Below the pieces are notes generated by a model. That model was given only the letters and a program-made list of their open reading frames with translations. It was not told the origin of the DNA and did not search any database. A DNA stretch of 64,000 nucleotides, from the UHGV virus genome UHGV-1362809, one strand, 5' to 3'. The DNA comes from a virus. A program made the position numbers and the translations under genes. Shown here piece after piece: positions 57,279-64,000 of the stretch (position 1 is its first letter; the number at the start of each line of letters is the position of its first letter).

Positions 57279-57529
57279 TGGATGATATTTCTGATATACT
57301 TAACCAGTATCACTATAGCATACCCTGTGCGGAGTTTAGTGTGCAGTTAGGCGACTCTACAATTAAGTGTGCTAAGGGTAAGGAGCATATTTCCCAGCAC
57401 GTTTATACAGGTGAGGACCAATTTGTTTGCCTTACTGGTGTGTCTCCCTCTATTAGGGTGAGGTACACGAGGCAAGCTTACAACGTACTCAGCTCTAAAG
57501 GCATCAAGCCCTTTGGTTTGGATCTGTAG
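57279..57529 (+). CDS. small hypothetical protein
   Basis: Start placed at MDDISD after the GAGG RBS, just past the upstream stop. Confidence 0.3.
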
Positions 57530-57567
57530 CATATACGCTAATATCTGTAGTACATACATTAATATAT

Positions 57568-57603
57568 AGGTGTGACTCTTTTGGGTCACACCTATTTTTT
57601 TGT
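57568..57603 (+). terminator. rho-independent terminator
   Basis: AGGTGTGACTCTTTTGGGTCACACCT hairpin followed by a T-run. Confidence 0.65.
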
Positions 57604-57632
57604 TTGACATTCCCATTTTGGTATGTTAGTAT
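57604..57632 (+). promoter_or_regulatory. sigma-70-like promoter TTGACA-N17-TAGTAT
   Basis: Perfect -35 hexamer, 17-bp spacer; AAGGAG RBS and ATG at 57674 downstream. Confidence 0.55.
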
Positions 57633-57673
57633 GCACAATTAAACAAAGGTCAACCCAACCAAAAGGAGAAACC

Positions 57674-57853
57674 ATGATTACCGAATACCAACGTGAAGCA
57701 CTCAAAGAGTGTCGTGAAAAAATTGCACATTTTAATCAGACATATCAGGACGGGTTAATCCCTACCGAGGAGTACCTTTGTAAAATGGCTAACCTGTGGT
57801 GGGACTATAACGAGGTGTTGCATACAATCGAACAGGAACCCGTAAACTCGTAA
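57674..57853 (+). CDS. small hypothetical protein (59 aa, MITEYQREALKECREKIAHF...)
   Basis: Start moved to M18 of the track ORF because the first ATG lies inside the -10 element; strong RBS. Confidence 0.4.
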   Translation: MITEYQREALKECREKIAHFNQTYQDGLIPTEEYLCKMANLWWDYNEVLHTIEQEPVNS

Positions 57854-57867
57854 TTTAGGAGGTATTT

Positions 57868-58122
57868 ATGTTTGTGATAATTGGTCAAGAGGTACTGATG
57901 TACGACGACCCGTCTAAAATTATGTTGGGTGCGTTAAAAGCACTGGCAGAAACCCAAGGTAAACCCTTCAAGTGTTTTTGTGCGGTGAACGATGGTAAGG
58001 ACGGGGTGATTGTTAGCCCGAATAATGATGAACCCAAATATTTTGCTTCCGAACAGGAGGCAGACAGGTACGCAAGAAACAAACAGTGTGACGTGTATTA
58101 CTGTAAAGCAGTACAGGTTTAA
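57868..58122 (+). CDS. small hypothetical protein
   Basis: 84 aa; GGAGG RBS. Confidence 0.4.
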   Translation: MFVIIGQEVLMYDDPSKIMLGALKALAETQGKPFKCFCAVNDGKDGVIVSPNNDEPKYFASEQEADRYARNKQCDVYYCKAVQV

Positions 58123-58130
58123 GTTTTTGT

Positions 58131-58161
58131 TTGACATTGATGTTTAGCTGTGTTATAGTAT
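58131..58161 (+). promoter_or_regulatory. sigma-70-like promoter TTGACA-N17-TATAGT with conserved leader ACGCATAATCAAA...CCAACCAAAAGGAGAAGTAGT
   Basis: Same promoter plus leader repeated at 63480-63561. Confidence 0.55.
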
Positions 58162-58214
58162 ACGCATAATCAAACGAACCCAAAGGGGTTTAACCAACCA
58201 AAAGGAGAAGTAGT

Positions 58215-58493
58215 ATGACTAAAAATTTCAAACGTGAAGAATACATTACCACGGTGTACGGTTACGGATGTCAGTTGTTCGTTGTATACAACAGTACCGC
58301 AGCCTGCAAGCTCGACGTTCACTCTGTGTTAGTTCAAGACGGTGACCGTTGTTTAACTTGGTCTAATCAGTATGACTTGCACGGGGTAGACTTTGACGAA
58401 GCGGTTACTAAAGCGGTGACCGACCACGTTAAACACTATAAACAAGGTGACGATTTACCTGTTCCTAATTGTGTGATTCGTAAGAGAGGGTAA
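58215..58493 (+). CDS. small hypothetical protein (MTKNFKREEY...)
   Basis: 92 aa, strong RBS. Confidence 0.45.
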   Translation: MTKNFKREEYITTVYGYGCQLFVVYNSTAACKLDVHSVLVQDGDRCLTWSNQYDLHGVDFDEAVTKAVTDHVKHYKQGDDLPVPNCVIRKRG

Positions 58494-58511
58494 TTTACCC
58501 TCTCTTTTTTG
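58483..58511 (+). terminator. rho-independent terminator
   Basis: AGAGAGGGTAATTTACCCTCTCT followed by TTTTTT. Confidence 0.6.
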
Positions 58512-58527
58512 TTATGGGAGAAGAGTT

Positions 58528-59151
58528 ATGTACGTTAGAACTAAAACAGGTGAGTTTGCTCTCGATTATGTGTGGTTTAGAAGCAAAGGGTTTAGCGATG
58601 AAATGAATATGTACTACTATGAAGCGATGCCCGACCTTCGTGAACGAGTGCTCAATTATTTCAAAGGGGTAGAGACCGTACCTTGTTTTCACGAGTATCA
58701 AGCAAAGAAGAAGGGAGACCTTTGGTGGTTTAAAAATGTTAGACCCTATGGGGGAGGTACTAATGTGGTGTTTGGTAAAGGTCTTATCAAATTTTTTAAG
58801 AGTCAGCCCGACGTTGAAGAAGTATATGTACCCATACCTTCCTACAATAATGGTAAGGGTTATTTAGATTACCTCTATGATGGTGAGTGGTTGGGATGCA
58901 AGGTTACAAAAAAGCAGTGGGATACCTATTGCGGGTGCATCGGTATGATACGTTTTCATCTCGCAACGCAGCACATAGACACAGATGACATTACCATTAA
59001 AGGTATGACTCTGCGACGTTATAACAAGCTGGTAGGTATGGTTGGTCCTATCACGTTTGTCAATAGTATAAAGAGTGCTAAATGTGCTAACAGAGAAAAG
59101 GTTACTTTGCGCAAGTTAGACATCGTGAATGGTAAAATTGTTGAGTTGTAA
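58528..59151 (+). CDS. hypothetical protein
   Basis: 207-aa ORF. Confidence 0.45.
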   Translation: MYVRTKTGEFALDYVWFRSKGFSDEMNMYYYEAMPDLRERVLNYFKGVETVPCFHEYQAKKKGDLWWFKNVRPYGGGTNVVFGKGLIKFFKSQPDVEEVYVPIPSYNNGKGYLDYLYDGEWLGCKVTKKQWDTYCGCIGMIRFHLATQHIDTDDITIKGMTLRRYNKLVGMVGPITFVNSIKSAKCANREKVTLRKLDIVNGKIVEL

Positions 59152-59160
59152 ATAATTTGT

Positions 59161-59191
59161 AGGGGTGACAATATTGTCACCTCTATTTTTT
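59161..59191 (+). terminator. rho-independent terminator
   Basis: AGGGGTGACAATATTGTCACCTCT followed by ATTTTTTGT. Confidence 0.6.
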
Positions 59192-59205
59192 GTTAGAGGT
59201 AATTT

Positions 59206-60576
59206 ATGACTCAAGATGTTGAAATTGTGTTTGAAGATTGTGATGAAGGTATCACCGACACAAAAAGAGCTTTTGATGACGTTGTTGAGCGACTTAATCG
59301 AGTGAGAGAAATTCTTAATAATCAAATTCTTGAAAGAAAGCAAGAAATTGATGGTATTTTGATTACAATTATGGCGGACTCCTCCTGCCTATTTTTAGGT
59401 GATCCGGGAACTGCAAAAACCCAGATGGTTAAGTATGCTTCTTATTTGTTTGGTCTTGTGTCGTTTGATATTTTACTTGGGGAGACCACCAAACCCGAAC
59501 AGGTATTTGGTCCCACAAATATACCAGCTTTAGCACAAGGTAAGCTGTATACTTCTACAAAAGGGTATGCACCAGAGTGTGAGGTGTTGTTTCTAGACGA
59601 AGTGTTCAAATCTAATGGTACGGTGCTTAACCCTCTGCTGTGGTTGATTAATGAAAAACAATATCGTAATGGGGATTTAGGCGTTATAGACTGCCCTATT
59701 AAGGCTGTGTTCGCTGCTTCTAACGAGTTACCCAACGATGATTCCTTGGGAGCATTTTTTGACCGTCTTGTTTTGAGATACGAGGTGCAACCTCTTAAAA
59801 GTGTGCAGAATATATCTAAGATGATTAACAATTTTCTGCACCACCCAGCTAAACCCCAGCCCATATTCAACACGCATTTGTTTGACGTTTTGAGAGGGTT
59901 TGTTAAGCAGGTAGTCATACCAGAGGAACTAATTACTACTTTGTACAATATCAAGTGTCAGCTAGAACGTGTACATAAGATTACTATTTCTGACCGTCGT
60001 CTAAACAAGTGCATACGATTGGTACAAGCACAAGCAGTTCTTAATGGTCGGCTTAAAGCAGAGCTTAGAGATTTTGAAATTTTGCAGCATTGTCTATGGG
60101 ATACTCCTGAAACTAAGTCTAAAATTCAGTCAACGGTAATGTCTTTTGTCAACACCAGTATTCCTCAGCTTATCGCCTATTCAGATATGTGTACTAATCT
60201 ATATAATACCGCATTTGAAACAGGTAATATGAAAAGGGCTCTTGCCAAGCTTAAAAAACTATATGCTAAGGTTAAACCTTATACTGGAGCTACAGCTGAG
60301 AATGTTGTCAATGACATCAAGTCTAAGTTTAGTAAGATCGCACAAGTATGTAAGCAACGTGAGCAGTTTGTGCTGTATCGAGTAAAAGCTGGTAGTAATG
60401 TCTACTACCAAGTTGACAACACAACTGCCTCTTTGTGGACGTATAAACAGATGAGAGCTTGTGAATTTAGACAACGACGTAAGGGTAATTACTGGTATTC
60501 TTCTGATAGTAAGGACGTTATTGCCTCCCGTATTTCTCAAACCTTGGGTGTGCAGGTAGTTATCAAGAAGCTTTGA
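59206..60576 (+). CDS. MoxR-family AAA+ ATPase
   Basis: Walker A FLGDPGTAKTQMV; Walker B VLFLDEVFK; MoxR-type NGTVLNPLLWLINEKQY. Confidence 0.6.
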   Translation: MTQDVEIVFEDCDEGITDTKRAFDDVVERLNRVREILNNQILERKQEIDGILITIMADSSCLFLGDPGTAKTQMVKYASYLFGLVSFDILLGETTKPEQVFGPTNIPALAQGKLYTSTKGYAPECEVLFLDEVFKSNGTVLNPLLWLINEKQYRNGDLGVIDCPIKAVFAASNELPNDDSLGAFFDRLVLRYEVQPLKSVQNISKMINNFLHHPAKPQPIFNTHLFDVLRGFVKQVVIPEELITTLYNIKCQLERVHKITISDRRLNKCIRLVQAQAVLNGRLKAELRDFEILQHCLWDTPETKSKIQSTVMSFVNTSIPQLIAYSDMCTNLYNTAFETGNMKRALAKLKKLYAKVKPYTGATAENVVNDIKSKFSKIAQVCKQREQFVLYRVKAGSNVYYQVDNTTASLWTYKQMRACEFRQRRKGNYWYSSDSKDVIASRISQTLGVQVVIKKL

Positions 60577-60625
60577 TATACTGGGTGAAGTATTCTCATT
60601 TAGTATAAGATACATAGAGGTAGGT

Positions 60626-62575
60626 ATGATTACACAACAGGACATTAAGCAAGCTTTACAGACGTTGACCTCTAAGTTCGAGGTTGACTTTACTAAGCTA
60701 CCAGTTATTGTGACAGACGACGTTGACATAGCCCGCACCGACTTTGAATACATCTATCTTAGTGATAAACTTAGAGCTAAAGACCTATCTACGGTTATAG
60801 CTCATGAAGTGATGCACTTTTTGACTGGTAGCGGGGAGTTAGACTATAAGTATGGATCTATCCAGTGTAATATTGCAGAGGACTTGATAATAAATCAGTG
60901 GTTGAAGCAGTATGGTTTAGACGTAACCAAGTTGAGTCGTAAAGGTTTGTTGGACTCTAAACCTTGGTCTCTTACTAAACGTCTTAGCAAATTACCTATT
61001 GTCAATCAGCCCTGCGTTAGTCGGTTAGTTCCTAACGAGCTGATGCGTTGTGCTATAGAAATTAGTCACAAAAAAAGGTTTAAGCATTATTCTTTGTTGC
61101 AGGATACTTTAATGGACGAGGTAGAGTTTGCTGAATCCTTGGTAAACACTGTATCCACTTCTTTACCGATAAATCTTTATGCTGTAATGCGGTTTTGGTT
61201 TGATTGGTTGTACAAGGAAGACCAAATTAATACTGATTATGTTCTAAACACAGAGTATGACTATTCGCATTTGATATGTTGGGGAGCTCCTAAATGGTCT
61301 CGTAAATTGTACGACGACCCTGCCTTAACTATAAGTTGCACAAGTATGTATCTCAGCAACGTAGCCTATCATACTGCATGGCTGGTAGACCGTAAGAGAA
61401 GGCTACAGAATAGTTTGTCCTCCTGTCAACGAAAAATTAGTGACCTAAAGCAACAAACTTATACAGCCAAGGTACGAAAGGATTTAAATAATGCTATTCG
61501 TAGAAAGAAATCCTTAAAATATCGTATCAAACATTTTGACACACGGGGAGCAGATTATTGGCTTACTAATACTTCTTTAATGGGCAGGTATTATAGTACT
61601 GCATATACTCCTACGCTCTTTCACAAGGTTAATACTCCTGATGATTGCATACCGTATAGTAAGTGTCCAACTCCTTTATATAAACAGCTGGGTTGGTGCC
61701 TAAGACAGGCAGTTAAGAATAACGAACTATGCGCCGACCTTTACAACAAGTTAGAAGAAATACTTGGTGAAATGAAGTGCGAACTAAAAAATGGTCAGCC
61801 TGATTTAAAGTACCAAAGAATTAGGTCTAAAATTGCTGACATTTTGACCATTAATAGACTGACTCATCTTATATCTAAAATTCTTAAATTAAAAGGTGGG
61901 TTTGATTCTACTCTTAAACTTAATAGAAGTAAACCATCGGATAATAGTTCCTCAAGTGTGGGCTATACTCTTGGTAGTGATATTTCTAATGCAGTTATAT
62001 CAGAGCTGGGATTACTTGCTAACGAATGTACAAAATTGGATTTTTTGGTAAAGTTGTCGCAGGGTAGCCTTTTTCAAGTAAGCAGTATGGTTAGTAAGAG
62101 ACTGCCTTTGATTATGTATATTGATACCAGTGGGAGTATGGGCTCCCAAGGTAGATTTAGTATGTGTATAGCCTATGCCTTGAGTATAGCTACTATTCTT
62201 AAAAAGGAGAAACGTGGAGTAGCTATTGTGTTGTTTGACGATTGTATTAGATATTCCAAAGTGATTGACGACAACTATAGCATGACGGATTTGTTAGACC
62301 TTATCTCTACCCAAACAAGCGGTGGTGGTACGAATTTTGAGCTAGCCTATAAAGAAGGTAAGCGCATACAACAGGAACAAGGTTGGGGAAATAGTATCCA
62401 CGTAGTAATGAGCGACGGTCAATTTGTAGTACCTGCTGAGAAACAACCAAACGACCAGCACTATGCCCTGTTATTTAAATCTTCTAATACTGACGCTGAT
62501 ATGCAGTCTTTCTTTGATAATGGGTGTTGGCAGTGTTCTTTGTCGAGTATTACCAAAATTACTCTTAAATTATAA
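60626..62575 (+). CDS. VWA-domain protein with N-terminal putative HExxH metallopeptidase domain (DUF2201-like partner of MoxR ATPases)
   Basis: N-terminal VIAHEVMHFLTG; C-terminal MIDAS LIMYIDTSGSMGS ... TSGGGTNF. Confidence 0.5.
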   Translation: MITQQDIKQALQTLTSKFEVDFTKLPVIVTDDVDIARTDFEYIYLSDKLRAKDLSTVIAHEVMHFLTGSGELDYKYGSIQCNIAEDLIINQWLKQYGLDVTKLSRKGLLDSKPWSLTKRLSKLPIVNQPCVSRLVPNELMRCAIEISHKKRFKHYSLLQDTLMDEVEFAESLVNTVSTSLPINLYAVMRFWFDWLYKEDQINTDYVLNTEYDYSHLICWGAPKWSRKLYDDPALTISCTSMYLSNVAYHTAWLVDRKRRLQNSLSSCQRKISDLKQQTYTAKVRKDLNNAIRRKKSLKYRIKHFDTRGADYWLTNTSLMGRYYSTAYTPTLFHKVNTPDDCIPYSKCPTPLYKQLGWCLRQAVKNNELCADLYNKLEEILGEMKCELKNGQPDLKYQRIRSKIADILTINRLTHLISKILKLKGGFDSTLKLNRSKPSDNSSSSVGYTLGSDISNAVISELGLLANECTKLDFLVKLSQGSLFQVSSMVSKRLPLIMYIDTSGSMGSQGRFSMCIAYALSIATILKKEKRGVAIVLFDDCIRYSKVIDDNYSMTDLLDLISTQTSGGGTNFELAYKEGKRIQQEQGWGNSIHVVMSDGQFVVPAEKQPNDQHYALLFKSSNTDADMQSFFDNGCWQCSLSSITKITLKL

Positions 62576-62635
62576 ACTTGACATTGCTCCTAAAATGTGA
62601 TACTATACAATTACACTTGAAAAAGGAGTACGACC

Positions 62636-63214
62636 ATGTACATACAAAACGAAGATTTACACCCGAATATATCAAAACAAGTCGGAGACGTATTTATGGA
62701 CGGGTATTTCGACCGTTATGTTATTACCGAATTAGACCACTTGTTGAAAGCCAATATATGCCACAATAGAGCGGGTCAAATCGTTAATTTCTCCGTCGAT
62801 TTACCTGTTGAGGCTAATTGGCTGACGAAAATTGCCCATTACGACAACGTGCAGGACGCTTTGGATAGTCCCCATTTTAAGATTGACCTAGATGTCGTAT
62901 TTTTACACAAAACCCTTGATCTCAACACGGGACGAATTACCTTTTTGTATTGCAATTATTGTGACAACGACTTTCAGTCTAAAAAGGGTATTCAGACTCC
63001 CGGCTTCATAACCCACCGATTGACTTATGCCCAAGGTAAGAACCTATGGGATTACCTTGAGTTTAGTGACGACCTGTTGTACTACACTCGCTACGGTACG
63101 GACCGAAACTTGCGGTTTGATAAATGGGATAAGCTGCAGGAAGAAATGGTTTTTCGTGCCTTACCAAAAGAAGAACGTTTGATTAAAATGTTGCAGAGTT
63201 TGAATGTAGCTTAA
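62636..63214 (+). CDS. hypothetical protein
   Basis: 192-aa ORF. Confidence 0.4.
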   Translation: MYIQNEDLHPNISKQVGDVFMDGYFDRYVITELDHLLKANICHNRAGQIVNFSVDLPVEANWLTKIAHYDNVQDALDSPHFKIDLDVVFLHKTLDLNTGRITFLYCNYCDNDFQSKKGIQTPGFITHRLTYAQGKNLWDYLEFSDDLLYYTRYGTDRNLRFDKWDKLQEEMVFRALPKEERLIKMLQSLNVA

Positions 63215-63226
63215 AGGAGACCTAAG

Positions 63227-63472
63227 ATGGTACACTACTTTATAAAATTTGAACCCGTTCCTGTAAAGGAGAGCGGTTACGTGGAAGGGTTTAACACCCG
63301 TACTTTGTCCTTAGACCCTTCTTATTCAGACAAGGTAGACTTTAGTACTACGCAAGTGATTAACTCCTCTAAGAATAGAGGCTTTGAAGTAGATAGAAAT
63401 ACCTTTTTCAAAGTGTTAGAAAATGCCCAACGGTATAATTCCGCATTGAGAGGGGTAAACATACTGCACTAA
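63227..63472 (+). CDS. small hypothetical protein
   Basis: 81 aa, GGAG RBS. Confidence 0.35.
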   Translation: MVHYFIKFEPVPVKESGYVEGFNTRTLSLDPSYSDKVDFSTTQVINSSKNRGFEVDRNTFFKVLENAQRYNSALRGVNILH

Positions 63473-63479
63473 AATATGT

Positions 63480-63510
63480 TTGACCTTGATGTTTAGCTGT
63501 GCTGTAGTAT
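63480..63510 (+). promoter_or_regulatory. sigma-70-like promoter (TTGACC ... TAGTAT) plus duplicated leader, paralogous to 58131-58214
   Basis: Near-identical ~85-bp promoter-leader-RBS copy, including the MTKN start. Confidence 0.5.
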
Positions 63511-63561
63511 ACGCATAATCAAAAACCCAAAGAGGTCTAACCAACCGAAAGGAGAAGTAGT

Positions 63562-63888
63562 ATGACTAAAAATAATCCTGTTAAAGCGAGGTTTGTACGC
63601 ACTGGCGTAGATGGCATATTGCATCTTTTTTATGAAGACCGTGCGCATGAAATATACACGATTGAAAAACAGCAGGTACAGACTGTGTTGCAACAGTGCC
63701 TAGAGTTAGCTAAATTAAACAATCGGTGTATTACCATCGAATTGTGCGGTGATTATTTTTCTGTATCTTGGTTTTTCAATCCAAACAAAGCTGTACTGAC
63801 CTTTGGCGACACACATGTTTGTCCGCAACTGCCTGATTCCGTACAGGATACTTTTAGGTATGACGACGTAGCTCGTATAGACGCATAG
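63562..63888 (+). CDS. small hypothetical protein (MTKNNPVKARF...)
   Basis: 108-aa ORF. Confidence 0.45.
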   Translation: MTKNNPVKARFVRTGVDGILHLFYEDRAHEIYTIEKQQVQTVLQQCLELAKLNNRCITIELCGDYFSVSWFFNPNKAVLTFGDTHVCPQLPDSVQDTFRYDDVARIDA

Positions 63889-63922
63889 GTGTGACTCTCT
63901 TGGGTCGCACCTATTTTTTTTT
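63887..63922 (+). terminator. rho-independent terminator, variant copy of the one at 57568
   Basis: AGGTGTGACTCTCTTGGGTCGCACCT followed by T9. Confidence 0.65.
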
Positions 63923-63923
63923 G

Positions 63924-63952
63924 TTGACACCGATATTTTGGTATGGTATAGT
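63924..63952 (+). promoter_or_regulatory. sigma-70-like promoter TTGACA-N17-TATAGT plus ACGCATAATCAAAC leader
   Basis: Same architecture as the 57604 and 58131 promoters; gene lies beyond the window end. Confidence 0.5.
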
Positions 63953-64000
63953 TTACGCATAATCAAACGGGGTAACCCAAACCCCACCAACCAAAAGGAG

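Overview
Low-GC (about one-third G+C) dsDNA bacteriophage segment. Coordinates 1-38577 and 41174-48063 are almost entirely minus-strand genes; 48089-64000 are plus-strand genes. Minus-strand block: family-A DNA polymerase with 3'-5' exonuclease; UvsX/RecA-like recombinase interrupted by a 455-aa LAGLIDADG intein; gp32-like SSB with a long acidic tail; Rad50/SbcC-like ATPase; 5'-3' flap exonuclease; AAA+ clamp loader. An SF2 helicase is fractured in its P-loop by a split intein, with a free-standing Vsr/DUF559-like homing endonuclease gene between the halves. At least four more paralogous Vsr-like homing endonuclease genes are present, plus one decayed remnant. Two paralogous beta-class DNA methyltransferases are both frameshifted between motif IV and motif I. 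A 7-deazaguanine DNA-modification set (FolE, DpdA-like TGT, Gat-QueC fusion) sits in an ~11-kb island of tailoring enzymes: ureohydrolase, GT-B glycosyltransferase, LmbE/PIG-L deacetylase, Gfo/Idh/MocA oxidoreductase, ATP-grasp-like enzyme and a CxxCxxCC protein. This island is the best candidate for an undescribed DNA hypermodification pathway. 38.6-41.2 kb is a 2.6-kb non-coding control region with repeated GTTCTTTAGAAC palindromes, G7 tracts and a GC-rich structured island. Plus-strand block: tyrosine-recombinase-fold protein, sigma-70-family sigma factor, tail fibre, BspA-type LRR protein, a MoxR AAA+ / VWA-metallopeptidase pair, a 1.3-kb tract of several short tandem-repeat arrays, and small genes each with its own TTGACA-N17-TATAGT/TAGTAT promoter and hairpin-T-run terminator. 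All calls rest on motifs read by eye; no database search was possible.
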